The notes beneath the pieces are model-generated. The model made no database searches. It was not told the origin of the DNA and saw only the letters and a program-made list of their open reading frames with translations. Shown piece by piece: positions 1 through 17,386 of a stretch of 64,000 nucleotides of DNA. Source of the DNA: the human T2T-CHM13v2.0 reference genome, Homo sapiens; NCBI RefSeq assembly GCF_009914755.1, contig NC_060945.1; one strand, given 5' to 3'. How positions within the stretch are numbered: position 1 is the first letter of the stretch; each line of letters begins with the position of its first letter. The position numbers and the translations under genes are program-made.

Positions 1-219
1 GTAAAGCCTATTGCTCCTAAGCTACAACCCTCTATGGCATGTCACTGTATTGAATACTGGAGGCAACTGTAACACAATGATAAGTATTTGTGTATCTAAA
101 CAAATAAGATTATAATACTGTAAAAATACTGTATATGATAAAAATACTGTATATGACAATACCACTGTCTTATATGTGGTCTGTTGTCGACCAAAACACC
201 ACTATACAGTGCATGACTG
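1..219 (-). mobile_element. Tigger3a (MER7A/Golem) DNA transposon, cut by the window edge
   Basis: Matches recalled Tigger3a (cctattgctcct..gctacaa..gtaacacaatg..gtatttgtgtatctaaaca); ends in TIR gcatgactg plus TA; opposite orientation to the 12250 copy. Confidence 0.85.
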
Positions 220-626
<407 letters not shown>

Positions 627-659
627 AAACTTTTTTAGATTTTTTTTTTGGATCAACAG

Positions 660-1860
660 AACCTGACTGCTTTGAAGAAGTCTGACTCCCCTATTTTGAC
701 TGCCAGGGATAAAATGGTCAGGAAAGCCTGTCTTATTAGTGGGTTGGTTGAGTGACTGGCAATGTGATACCCTTTGGCTCCCGTCCTCACTACTGAAGAT
801 TGCTTAAACCACCATTGGAAAGGATGGGTGCTGAGCAAATCTACACGGAGTGCCATGAAGAAGGTTCCACCTCCTCTTGACCTCGGACCCCAGAGTCACA
901 TCCCTAAATGGACAGTGTCAAAAGAACTTGGGGGTTGCACTTCCCATCCAGCCAATTCATCCTTTGCTCGAGAATGAGTGTGTGGGGTTTACTGTGCACA
1001 CCTCCTGAGTTTTCCAGGGTTTCATCATTTTGTCCCCAACTACTTGCAAGTTCTATGAATTTCTCCATCCTCCCTGAAGCCCCTTCCATCTGCCTTCCTT
1101 GCCTGAGGACCTGCCCCTAACCTCTTCATTTGGAACTCTTTAAACTCTTTGCTTGGTTGGCTCTTTCCCACTTAATTCTTCTTTTGCATCAGAGGAGGGT
1201 GGAGGGGCTTCAATTAGGAAGATGGAGAAGAAAAGGAAGATGATCAGAGTCTAGATTCTGGAAGAGAGTTGACTATCCCCATCCTCTGCTCCACCCCGAC
1301 CCTGGATGCTTAAAGTCTTGCACTTCCAGGTTCATCTCTTGCTGAGACTTGCCAGAGCCTGTGAGGCAGCACTTGCTAGAAGAATGTCCACTCCTCATCA
1401 ACCTTCAAACACATTAAAAAGTCACCTTCGCTTGTTCATTTCCAACATCTGAGTTCCCTTTCACTGCAACAGGTAGGGGACACCATTCTGGTGCATGCTT
1501 TTCCTGGTAGAAATCTTCGTGCCCTTGCAAAGCTGAGAAGTAGCTCCTTCCTCCAGGGTCCACACTGCTGTGTCGCGCACCTGTTCACGAGGCACATTCC
1601 TCTCCAGCTCTGGGCTGCTGCATGTCACCTGGCATATCAGGCAGCTCTCCCAGCACCTTCTGTAAATGTTAGCGTTGGTTCCTCTGCCTCAGAAGTTTTT
1701 TCTCAGACCTCATGATCACATCACTTCATCCCTGGAGGCATTTTCTTGTCCAGAATGTCTCTGATGCTCAACAGCATCTGTCTCTGTCTGAAGATCAGAT
1801 ATAAGGACTCCAGCACCCCCTGTCTTTGGGTGGCTAATGTCACTTATCTATCTGCAGCCC
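660..1860 (-). mobile_element. Probable degenerate Gypsy (MamGyp-int/PNMA-related) gag-pro remnant
   Basis: Manual minus-strand translation across stops and frameshifts gives PNMA/Gypsy gag-like motifs in the expected order (see finding). Confidence 0.4.
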
Positions 1861-1871
1861 ATGCCCTAAAT

Positions 1872-2420
<549 letters not shown>

Positions 2421-2520
2421 AAGGGTTATAGATATGCATTCGAAGTAGTCTTCTTGTGAATTTCTATCTTCTTTTGACTGGCTTCTTGTCAGATCTGAAT
2501 AGCTCCATGCATTTTTATGT

Positions 2521-2820
2521 ATTTATTTATTTGAGACAGGATCTGGCTCTGTCACCCAGGCTGGAATGCAGTGGCATTCCACAGCTCACTGCAGCTCACT
2601 GCAGCCTCACTGCAGCATTCCACAGCTCACTGCAGCCTCAACCTGGGTTCAAGCGATCCTCCCACCTCAGCCTCCTGAGTAGCTGGGACCGCAGGTGTGT
2701 GCCACCATGCCGGCTAATTTTTATTTTTATTTTTGCAGAGACAGGGTCTCACCATGTTGCCCAGGCTGGTCTCGAACTTCTGGGCCCAAACAATCCCCCC
2801 ACCTTGGCCTCCCGAAATGC
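2521..2820 (-). mobile_element. AluJ with internal tandem expansion
   Basis: AluJ-type arms (gatcctcccacctcagcc, ttttgcagagacagggtctc); cagctcactg repeats at 2574-2640. Confidence 0.9.
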
Positions 2821-3168
2821 CTTGCATGGCCTCAGAGGAGCTTTCCCTGTCTCAGTGTGAGGAGAGAAGTTAGCACCACCTTTTCTTTTTGCTTCCTGTG
2901 TGGTGGCCAGGTCAGTATAATCCCCAATCAACTTTTAAAATAGTAATCTACTAAATCCACCCATTCATTGCATGAGAATTGATTGCATTACTATAGATGG
3001 TCTAATCTATAAATCCACTTACCTGCCTGCAGGTAGATTGCTCTGGTCACTCTGACCAGGGCTTGTCTGTCCCTCTGAGGTGTGGCTGTTCTACTCCCTA
3101 AGAGGCTTCAAGTCCTGCATGTGAGGGACTAAGTGAGGGGACCCATGAGCACCTTCATATAAAATATA

Positions 3169-3625
3169 GTATATTAGCTCACAAGGATTGTTCTATCAAA
3201 GTACCACAAACTAGGTGGTGTAAACAACAGAAACATATTCTCTCCTAGTTCTGGAGACCAGAAGTCTGAGATCATGGGTGTCCACTGGGTGGGTTCCTCC
3301 TGAGGCTGGGAGGGAGGATCTGTTCCAGGTCCCACTGCCCTGGCTTCTGGGGGTTGCTGGCAATCTATGGTACTTGTGGACACGGCACCCCCACCTCTGC
3401 CTTCATCTTCCATGGTCTAACTCTGTGTGTGTGTGTGCACGTGTGTGTGGTCCAAATTTCTCCTTTTTATAAGGATATCAGTTATATTGAATTAGGCCTC
3501 ACCCTACTGATCTCATTTGATCATCTCTGTGAAGACTTTACCTCCAAGTTAGGTCACACTCTGAGGTACTGGGGGTTGGGATTCCATTATATGCTTTTTA
3601 GGGGAATGACGTTCAACCTATAACA
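3169..3625 (-). mobile_element. MLT1B/MLT1C MaLR solo LTR
   Basis: aaagtaccacaaactaggtgg...gttctggagaccagaagtctgagatc...ggtcacactctgaggtactggggg...ttcaacctataaca. Confidence 0.85.
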
Positions 3626-3842
3626 CTCTGTGAAGCTCACTTTTTTCTACTTTCTAGATAAAATAAACAGAAATAGAGGTTCTAATGGCTTCCTTTGGCA
3701 TCCCCACAGAGAGTGGTCTGTTGCTCCCACGGGGTGTATGTACTCTCCTATGGAGGCCACTGCCTTATCAGTTCTGGCCCTCCTCCTCCCCTTATGATCA
3801 CTCACCCCTAGTTCTCACTAGGAGCAGGGGGATGTGGGATGT

Positions 3843-4212
3843 TGATATGGTTTGGCTCTGTGTCCCCACCCAAATCTCATCTCAAATTGTAATCCCCATA
3901 GTCCCCACGTGTCAAGGGAGGGACCTGGTGGGAGGTGATTGGATCTTGGGGGTGGGTCTCCTCGTGCTGTTCTTGTGATAGTGAGTGAGTTCTTACGAGA
4001 TCTGAAGGTGTTAAGTGTTTCGCAGTTCCTCCTTCACATGCTCTCTCTTGCCTTCCACCTTATAGATGTGACTGCTTCCCCTTCTGACATGATTATAAGT
4101 TTCCTGAGGCCTCCTCAGCCATGCAGAACTGTGAATCAATTAAGCCTCTTTCCTTTATAAATTACCCAGTTTTGGGTATTTCTTTATAGCCGTGTGAAAA
4201 TGGACTAACACC
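3843..4212 (+). mobile_element. THE1D MaLR solo LTR
   Basis: tgatatggtttggctctgtgtccccacccaaatctcatc...ataaattacccag...ggactaac. Confidence 0.9.
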
Positions 4213-4385
4213 AGTGTGGAGTAGACGAGGACCGTAGGAACTCCACCTGAGATCTTCAGAAGATTGATTTAACGGGAAACTTCTGGTGTCAGGATAGCCA
4301 AGTGAGCCACTGGCTAGCCTCCTCTCCATCTTCTCCCTTGCTCTGAACCTCAGAAATAATACTAAAGTTGTGTGTACCACACAAC

Positions 4386-4675
4386 TTTTTTTTTCCAGAT
4401 AGGGTCTCACTCTATCACCCAGGCTGGTGCAGTGGTGTGATCACGGCTCACTGCAGCCTCAACCTCCAGGGCTCAGGTGAACATCTCACCTCAGCCTTTC
4501 AAGTAGCTGGGACTACAGGTGCACACCACCCTGCCTGGCTAATTTTTGAATTTTTTGTAGAAACAGGTTTTCTTCATGTTGTCCAGGCTGGTCGTGAACT
4601 CTTGGGCTCAGGTGATCCACCTGCCTTGTCCTCCCAAAGTAATGGGATTACAGACATGAACCACCGTGACCAGCT
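4386..4675 (-). mobile_element. AluJb
   Basis: Antisense dimer with J-type features (cacggctcactgcagcctcaacctc). Confidence 0.9.
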
Positions 4676-4719
4676 CAAGACATAGTTTTAAGTGAAGACA
4701 TAACTGTAAACAAGAAGGG

Positions 4720-5315
4720 GGAGAAACAGTTTTACAATTCTTCAAAAAGTTAGCCACGAAATTATCATATGACTCAGCTATTCCACTCCTAAGTATATAC
4801 CCCAAATAATTGAAAATATATTCAAATAAGAAATTGTATATGAATATTCATAACAGCAGTATTCACAATAGCCAAAACGTGAAGCAATCCAAATGTCCAC
4901 CAGTGGAGGGATAAGCAGCATGTGGGATAATCCGTATAGTGGAATATTATTCAGCCATAACAAGGCATGAGATGCGGATACATGTTACAACATGGATGAA
5001 CCTTGAAATCATTATGCTAAGTGAGGGAAGCCAGACACAAAAGGTCACGTGTGATATGATTTCATTATACGAAATGTTCAGAATAGCTCAATCCAGAGAC
5101 AGAGAGCCAATCTGTGATTGTCAGGGGCTGGGAGGAGGGGAGAATGGGGATTGACTGCTTAATGGGACAGAGTTTTCTTTCGGGTGCTGAAGATGGTTTG
5201 GAACTAGATAGAGGTGGTAGTTGTGCAACATTGTGAATGAACAAAATGCCACTGAATTGGACACTTTAAAATGGCTAATTTTAAGTTGTATAAATTTTAC
5301 CTCCATTTAAAATAT
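4720..5315 (+). mobile_element. L1MB 3' end
   Basis: L1 ORF2 C-terminal remnant (ORF 4939: EYYSAITRHE..TTWMNLEIIMLSE.SQTQK) plus L1MB 3'UTR. Confidence 0.85.
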
Positions 5316-6685
5316 AAAGCAAGAAGGTGAAGTCTTGGAGAATCAGAGACGTGTACTCTGTAACCAGGAATGGCTTCACATGTGAAGGGGACTCAGTCTC
5401 CAAGTTGGTGCCATCCAGTGTAACAAAGGCCCTACAATCAGCCTGGGCAGCCTCCACTAACTTGGTCATGTGAAAATTCTAGCAACAACATGGATTTAAA
5501 AACAAAAACAAAAACAAATGGCTTGATGTTTTCTGCTGTTCAGAGCTCCAGGACAACGTCAACGTATTAATAACCGCAATTTACAAGACCCCTTCCTGTC
5601 TTCTGTCTCACTTCCAAACCTTCAAATCTTGTATTTTAAGTTCCTCCTGTTGTCTCTGGAATGCAGTTAATTGACTTGGAATGACTATAATCTCCGGTAG
5701 AGAATAACATGCTTACTGGGTCAATAGCTCTTTCTCAAAAGAGCTGCACAAAGCAGATTATGTGTGAATTCAGAGAATGATCTTTGGTGCCAAGCTGTGT
5801 TGGATTTGAAATGTCCTGTCAAGTTTCAGATTCACAGCTTGACATTTATATGGTTATTTATGTCACTTATTAACTGTGGTATGTTTGTGGCAATCTAGTT
5901 ATGATTGCCCTCCTAGCTTGTGAATAGCAAGAAGAGATTGCTTTGTGACAAGAGCTCACCCTGGGATGTTCTGTTGAACACAACTTGGGGAGGATGGGGA
6001 TCGAAAGGGCTGATGGCTTTGTTATGTATTATTTTTGCTCTGTGATGTTCTAGAAGCTTTTGCCCCAAGAACACTGGTTGCCAGGTATTCTGCTGCTCTG
6101 GGTCCAGGAAAAGGCAGGAAGAAGCTTGTGAATCTGCTTCAGGTGCATGGTCTTGAACAGCCTTTGTTTCTAGGAGATGCGGAGGCACTCAGAGAAAAGC
6201 CCTGGATTTCTTTAAGGTGGTTTGGAGATTTGGCCTGAGTAGGGGATTGTGGAGAACCAATATTTTGCTTTTGGAGAAATTTGTCTTAATTTTTGACATT
6301 CTGGCATTAAAAACAAAGATATTAAACTGTGATTTTTAGCTTTTGCCTGCTGTGCAGGGGTACTGCTCTGTGCTGATGGGCATGTCCTCTCTAATGCAGA
6401 CCTGGAATGAAATGAACTCACATTCCAAGGCTTCTGGTTATAATGTTTGCCCTCCCTCCACCTTCCCCACCCTGTGGAGCTTTAGGGTAAAAAGGGTTAT
6501 GATGTGGAGCTTTAGGGTGAAATGGGTAGGATGAAGGAGAGGCTGGGGCAACAGAAGAGAGGAGCTTTGGGTTCAGCTCAGAACCAAATCTACTGGGCTT
6601 CTCCAGCTACAGATGAGGTTCTCAAGAGGGCGCTCTATCCTGACACTTCCAGAAGAACCAGAAAAAAAGTTTAAAAGCCTATCTG

Positions 6686-8565
<1,880 letters not shown>

Positions 8566-9117
8566 TAAGCATGTCTGAAAAGAAATACCACACTGAGACT
8601 GCAAGACACTGCGAGACACTCAGTAAAAAGATGATCCCCAACCCTCGCCCTCGCTGCTGGTTGGGAATGGATTGTCTCGCACCCATCTGGTTACACCCTA
8701 GTGACACTGTCCTCCTCTTGACCCTCAGGACTTCAGAATCACTCAGTGTTTTAGGGCAGGGAAACTTATTCACATTTTGCCACTTTCTTGGAAAGTGACC
8801 TATACTGCTGGTTTCCACTTTTAGAAGATCTAATTAAGGGATGATTGACACTTTCCCTTCCCCAAACCATCTTCAGCTCTTGCTTTGCTTAAGTTAGAAT
8901 GCCATTTGCCACAGACCTGTTGCTTTGCAACTGGGTGAGAATTTTGGCCCAGGCTGCTTGAATCAGTGACTATCTATCTATCCCGAGTCTCTGAGACTTC
9001 AGACAGGCACAACCACTGCCATTCTGTCAGGCAGAGGAGTTTCTGTAAGGGAAAACAGATGAGAAAAAGTTAAGGGAAGACCCACACAAATATGTCAAAT
9101 TGACTTTTTTTATCTGC

Positions 9118-9557
<440 letters not shown>

Positions 9558-9941
9558 GAGTTTTGACAAAGATGCAAAAGTTACTGAGAGGGAGAAAAAT
9601 GGCCTTTTCAACAATCATGCTGGAGCAATTTATACTCCTCTGCAAAAAAATGAATCTCGACCTAAACCTCACACATGAGACAAAAATTAACTCCAAATAT
9701 GTCATGAACTTAAGTGTAAAATACAAAATTTTAGGAAAATGTAAGAGGAAGTTATGGGGACGTAGTGATCAATGATATGTTCCTTGACTTGATACCAAAA
9801 GCATGATCCATAAAAGAAAAAATTGATAAATTTTACCTCCTTAAAATTAAAAAAAATTTAAAAATATTTGCTCTGAGAAAGACCCCATGAAGAGAATGAA
9901 AAGACAAGTTACCTCCTGAGAGAAAATATTTGCAAACCACA

Positions 9942-10833
<892 letters not shown>

Positions 10834-11533
10834 CCACATATTGGACAAAATACTTGTATAGACTGTATAAAGAATTCTCAAAACTCAGCAGTAAAAAGCC
10901 CCCAAAATCCAATTAGAAAATTGGGGAAAGACAGGAACAAAACTTTTCATTGAAGAGAATATGCAGAAGCACACGAAAAGGTATCCAACACCGTTAGCCA
11001 TTAGGGAATTGCAAATTTAAACCACAATGAGATATCACTGCACACCTATCTGAATGGCTAGTGATAACACCTGGTTCAGGCAATGATATGGAGAAACTGG
11101 ATCACTCACACATTGCTGACAGGGATGTAAATGGTACAGCCCCTCTGGAATAGTTTGGTAGTTTCTTACAGAACTGAACATGTGCTTGCCATATGACCCA
11201 GCATTTGCACCCTTGAACATTTATCCCAGAGAAATGAAACCCTACGTTCACACACAAAAACACCTTTACAAAAATATTCCAAGCAGCTCTACTTGTAATA
11301 GCCAGAACCTGGAAACAACCTCAATGTCCTGTGGTGAGTGAATGGTTAAACAGAATGTGGTCCATCCATACTAGTGTCAATTTCCTGGGGGTGACATTGT
11401 ACTATAGTTGTGCAAGAGGGTGCTGTTGTTGGGAGAAGCTGGGGGAAGGGGTCTTCCTGAAATATTTCTTACAACTGCATATGAATCTATAATTATCCCA
11501 AATGAAAAGCTTTTAAAAAGTCAAGCAATTGTA

Positions 11534-11930
<397 letters not shown>

Positions 11931-11949
11931 TTAATGAGAGCACGACCTC

Positions 11950-13005
11950 TCACCACATGATCCATGATCCAGCTATCATGCTCTGTGGTATTTACCTAAA
12001 TAAACTGAAAACTTATGTCCATGCGAAAACCTGCACACAGATGTTTATAGCAGTTTTATTCATAATTGCTGAGACTTGGAAGCAACCAAGATGCTCTTCA
12101 GTAGGTGAATGGATAAACAAACTATACATCCTGGCAATGAAATATTACTCAGTACTAAGAAGAAATTAGCTACCAAACCATGAAAAGACATGGAGGAACC
12201 TAAAATGCATGGTACTACGTGAAAGAAACCAATCTGAAAATGCTATATACAGTTATGCACTGGATAGCAATGTTTCGGCTGATGATGGACCGCATACATA
12301 ATGGCTATCCCATAGGACTATAATACTGTATATTTACTGTACCCTTTCTATGTTTAGATACACAAATCCCATTGTGTTACAATTGCCTGCAGTATTCCCT
12401 ACTGTAATATGTTGTACAGGTTTGTAGCCTAGGAGCAATAGGCTATGTACGGTATAGCCCAGGTGTGTTGTAGCTTACGCCTCTAGGTTTGTGTAAGTAC
12501 ACTTTACGATGTTCACACAACTAAAACATCACCTAATGGCTGATTTCTCACAATGTTTGTCTGTCGTTAATAAATGCATGACTCTACGTATGATTCCAAC
12601 TATATGACATTCTGGAAAAGGCAAAACTGTGAAAACAGTAAAAAGATGAGTGGTTGCCAGAGGTTGGCTGGGAAAGGAAGGACGAATAGGTGGAGCACAG
12701 AGGATTTTTAGGGCAGTGGAACTATTTTGTATGGTAGTACAATAGTGGATTCATGTCATGCATTTGTTCAAACTCTCAGAATGTACGACATCAAGAGGGA
12801 ACCCTGATGTAAACCTGGACTTTGGGTGATAGTGATGTGTCAGTGTAGCTTCATTGTTTGTAGCAAACGTCCCACTCTGGTGTGGGATGTCGGTAGTAGG
12901 GGAGTCTGTGCCTGTGTTGGGGCAGGGGATAGACAGGAATTCTTAGCACCTTCCACTCAAGTTTGCTGTGAACCTAACTCTGCCCTAAAAAAGAAAGTCC
13001 ATTTG
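11950..13005 (+). mobile_element. L1MC1-like 3' end, split by Tigger3a
   Basis: ORF 11906 (HDPAIMLCGIY..KTYVHAKTCTQMFIA..WKQPRC) and L1MC1 3'UTR ending ttgctgtgaacctaactctgccctaaaaaa. Confidence 0.9.
12250..12584 (+). mobile_element. Tigger3a (MER7A), full length
   Basis: TIRs cagttatgca/tgcatgactc flanked by TA on both sides. Confidence 0.9.
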
Positions 13006-13017
13006 ATAATAATATTA

Positions 13018-13047
13018 ATTGCTTCTCAGCCTTTTGGCTAAGATCAA
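13018..13047 (+). pseudogene. U2 snRNA 5' fragment (nt 1-30) retropseudogene
   Basis: attgcttctcagccttttggctaagatcaa vs U2 atcgcttctcggccttttggctaagatcaa: 28/30, both mismatches are CpG transitions. Confidence 0.85.
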
Positions 13048-15044
13048 TTATAAAAATTAATATGAGCAAACCTCTATTAATATTTTTCCACAGTTCAAGG
13101 TGCTTTTAAGAACATTTTCTCCTGTAAGCCTTATGACCATCCTCTGGGGCAGGTGGAAGGTGGAGTGTGTTAAACGATGGTGAGTCCTGTGTGCAGAGTA
13201 CATGCAGCAAAGGCCTGGGGAAGAAGTGTGCCCTGCATCCTCTCACTCCCATAGCCAGCAGGAGGCACCCATGTGGTCAAGGACACACTTTTCCTTCAAG
13301 GATAGGGATAGGGCGAGGGTGGGGATTGGGGCTCACCAGTGAAATGAGCTGGGGGTGGGTGTTGAGGCTCCAGCTCAGACAAGCTGGATAGAGGCAAGGA
13401 AAAGAGGTGTGTGGTCCCAGCATGAGGGTAGGACCAGGTCAGGGAAGTGCTAGGTGCCAGCTGGGTCACTGGCTGCCACAGCTTAGCACGTCAGTGGGAC
13501 ACTACTGTGCAGACAAGGAAGGGAGAGGAGGAAGGCAAAAAGAAGGCCAGTAATGGGGTCCAATAAAGGACATTTTGGATCTCAAAATGGGAGAGGTACG
13601 AGTCTGAAATCTGGGATGGATCCAGTAATAAACCCAAAGTGCTGATTTATGTTGGGAATTTATATGTAGTCAGAAAATGGGAGAGGATACAGTGGGAGTG
13701 ATTTTTCTGGGGGCCATGACTAGGTCCCATGACTGCTGGCTTTCCTCCTTTATGCTTTCTGAAGTTATTTATCTCTTTACCAAGCACTTGTGCTGGGCAC
13801 ATGGTTGGGTACATAGGCATTCCTGCTGCCAAGTTTGGTGGAGAAAGCTGTCTCCCTCTTGTGGTCTCCTGGGGAAACCACTTGGTCCTCTCTTGCCAAG
13901 GAGAGAGGGGCTGGGATTTTGGGAGTCTTCAGAGGCCACCTTGGTGCTTCCAGGTGTCAGGCCACCTCCGGACAAGAAGCAAAGATTGGGAAGTGGAGGT
14001 CAGGCTTGACTCTTTCTTGGGTATTTTAGACCAAAGGGAATTCACAGGAAACCTGAAAACTGGGGGAAGTGAAGAAGAAAATAAAGCAACTGCAGATGGG
14101 GCAGAAGATTCTAGAGCCTTAGGGGCTAACTAGTGCTGCCACTTTGGTAGAAGGAACAAAATGTTTGGAAAGAGCCAGGCAAGGAGTGCTTTATCCTTCA
14201 TGTCCTCTTTCTGTGAGCAGCTCTCATGACCCTATCCAAGATGACCAGGGACACCCTCTTCCTATGCAGTGTGGCAGCAGAGTCCCACTCTTCTGCAGAC
14301 TGTAATGATGTTTCCTTATGAGAACAATTACAATGATTTGAGAGCAAGCAATGGTGTTCTAAGTACCTGTGGTTGTCTAATTCCTTGTAACAGGACCAAA
14401 GTCTTGGATCTCCTTGACATCCTTGGAGATCTGGTGTGGTCAGCAGAGGTGTTGACTTGGGCCATGTGGCACAGGTGGCCAAGGGGCCAGTGTTCCTGCC
14501 TCCTGGGGCATCCCAGTCCATCTCAGCTTTGGGGAATCCCAAGGCTGACCTCGTCCTTACCAATGACCGAATCCAGAGGTTAAGAAAGGAAAAAATGTTG
14601 ATGCTTACTGGAAAGACAGGAAGGAGATTTGCCCTAGTGGCAGCTCTGTTTGGAACTTGAGGAAGTCAGATTGGACGCCCCTGGGAAGCAAGCCCCTTCA
14701 CCTCCGGGGATGAGGGGCCACTCATCTTGGTGACCTACTGCATTTGGGTGGCCTTTAATCACTGCGGGTAAGGCCCATGGCCTGTCTTTCTCTCCCTGCT
14801 GACCATGAGCTACAGGAGGGCAGATCAGGTCCCTTCACTGGGTCCTTTCTAGTGAAACTCAGCTGTGCGGGGCTGACAGTGTCAGCTTTTTGGCCCTTGT
14901 CATGACGCACTGAATCCCAAGAGAGTTGGTGAACTTAATTAGAGCCAGAGGCTCTTACTTGTCTGCATCTGCCGCCTTTAATCCCAAATGAAGATGTTTT
15001 AAAAATCCCTGGACATTTTGCTTTTACATTTCTGATTTCATTTT

Positions 15045-15415
15045 ACTTTAAACTTTTTATTTTGAAAATTTTCAAGCCTGCAGAAAAGTTGCAAGAATAG
15101 TGCAATGGACATCTGCCTGCTCCTGACCTACACTTACCAGTGGTTAACATTGCCACATGAGTCTCTAGCTCTTTCCATATGGAAACTTATTACTATCATT
15201 TACTGAACCATTTGACAATAAGTTGCAGACACCATGATCCTTCATTCTCTAAACATTAAGATGAAGAACACTCATTTTCATAATCACAACACAGTTATTA
15301 CATTCAGAAATTTCAACACTAACACAGTACTAATCTGTAATATGCAGTCTAAGTTCATATTTAACCAATGTCCCAAAAATGTCCTTTACAGTAATTTTCT
15401 TTTCTGTTCCCAAGT
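15045..15415 (-). mobile_element. L1MC4/L1MC5-like 3'UTR
   Basis: aactttttattttgaaaattttcaagcctgcagaaaagttgcaagaatag...gaaccatttgacaataagttgcagac. Confidence 0.75.
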
Positions 15416-15777
15416 AAAGACCTTTTATCCTTAGCGTCAACAATTGTTGAAAAGGTGGATTTGGCTACATGCACACTCACACACCTGTGTGCACACACAC
15501 CCATACACACATGGTTTTAGTTTATTTACTCATTTATTTTTTGGTGACAAGCAGCCTCCCCTGCTGCTGCAGGCTTCTAACCACTCTCCAGGCTCATTCT
15601 TCCCAGTGCTGGAGAAAGTGGCTCAAGGACTCTGTCTCATCTTGTGGGAGGAGGAAGGGAGGATGAATTCAAACAGGATTTGAGGCCTGGCCCCAGTTTT
15701 CCTGCAAGGATATTATGCTCTTGAATTATCAGTGGGATTCAGGGAGCTTTTGCTTTTAACTTACCATCGTCCATGTA

Positions 15778-15905
15778 TAGAATCAGAAAACATGGAGCCG
15801 AAGGAGTCCACGGAGGTCAGCTGCTGCTCATCTTTCCTCATTTGACAGAGAAGAAAACTGGAATTCAGGGAGGTGATGTGACTTTGCCAAGCTCACTTAG
15901 CCAGT
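15778..15905 (-). mobile_element. MIR/MIR3 fragment
   Basis: MIR core cctcatttgacagagaagaaaactgg..gtgactttgccaagctcac. Confidence 0.6.
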
Positions 15906-16889
15906 GCTGATTTTTTTTTAGGTGTCCAGCTATTTTGCAGACATCCAAATCTGGGAAGCAGGGAACACATAGAAAGAGTGGTCCCCAGAGAGAATGAGAA
16001 CCAGTGACATGAACATGCTTCTTGAAAGATGAAGAGGCAAAACTTTGGGTGCCATGTTGCCCCTGTGACTTGTAGCTGCAGGGGAGCTGGGTGTCAGGCT
16101 TACTACCTCTGAGGGGTGAGGGGCCAGGCTGAGGTGGTTCCCAGGCTCTTGGTGCTTTCTGTCGGGAGTCCAGGCAGGCAGAGGGTTGTGAGACTATCTA
16201 TGCTTCTTGTCTAACCACTCTGGGTTTTGGTGTCCTACTTTGGCTTGGAGTCCACCATGAAGAATTCACCATAACCTGCTCTTCTTGCTTTTGAACTCAC
16301 CAAGGGATGAGACACATGCTCAGGGTGAATGAAAAAATCGTATTTAAAATAATCCTTTCTTAAGTCATACCCAATCTTACTTCATACAATGTGGATCTTA
16401 CAGGATTCAACAATTAGTCAAAAAGTCATGAGCTAACAAAATAGGAGCTTTCTGCCAAGAACCCCTGTGCTGTGGATTTTGGGGTTGGAATCAGTTGCTT
16501 GATTTATGGGGATCCCATCCACTGGAAATGCAGAACCATGTGCCAGAGTGGTGGAGCATCATTCCTGCTGAAGATGGCTTGGAGGAAAGCCTGACCAAGC
16601 TGCATCTGTTTTGCAGATTAAGAGAGACACACACAAAACAAACTGTTGTGTCCCTGCACTTCCATGGCCTGTGATGGCCTAAGCAAAGCCGTGATGGCTG
16701 AGCATTAACATGCAGTGAATGGAACTTGGCCTTCTTTGGAAAAAATCTTTTTTGTTTTGAAAAATATTTGAACACCATATTCAGAAGTTCATGACTACCG
16801 AGAGGGAGTTTTGGGCAAATAATCAGCCCCTATCCCCTTTTCAGGATAGATTTTCTGTTTTAATTTCCAACAACAAACAGCACGAACAG

Positions 16890-17125
16890 AATATGGACAT
16901 GTATTGAGAGTTTTCTATGTGCCAGACACTGTTCTAAATGCATTACCTATTGTTTTCTTCGATCCTCAGCACAATCCTATGAAATAAGTTCCCATTTACA
17001 GATGAGGAAACCAAGGCTGAGAGAAGAGGTTAAGTAACTTGGCTAAGGTCACACAATAATGAAACAGCAAAGTCAGATTCAAATACAGGTAGTCTGGTGC
17101 CCAAATGCACACTCTTAACCACTAT
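16890..17125 (-). mobile_element. MIRb
   Basis: ctatgtgccagacactgttcta...ccatttacagatgaggaaaccaaggct...aggttaagtaacttggctaaggtcacac...cttaaccact. Confidence 0.85.
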
Positions 17126-17386
17126 TCTTTATGTTCTCTTAACAAATTCGTCATTCTGTTGTAAGTGAGTGAGTGTTAGAGGTGGGATGTGCCTGGAATG
17201 CAGATTCCTAGGTGATTCTTCTTGGGTGTAGATCTGATATGATTTTGCCAACTTCTAAGCCAATGTGGGGCATTCAGGTCACAGGACTGGATCTGTAGTG
17301 TGTTGTTGAGCCCTGGTAGGTGGTGTGGCCTCTGGGTGAGGTAACAGCACTGCTTCATTTACCAAGTGAATGTTGGGGAGAAGTAG

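Noticed and set aside
6473-6535. 30-bp tandem duplication (tgtggagctttagggt...) containing TTTAGGG
   Set aside because: Only two copies; an ordinary slippage duplication, not a telomeric array or a CRISPR-like repeat
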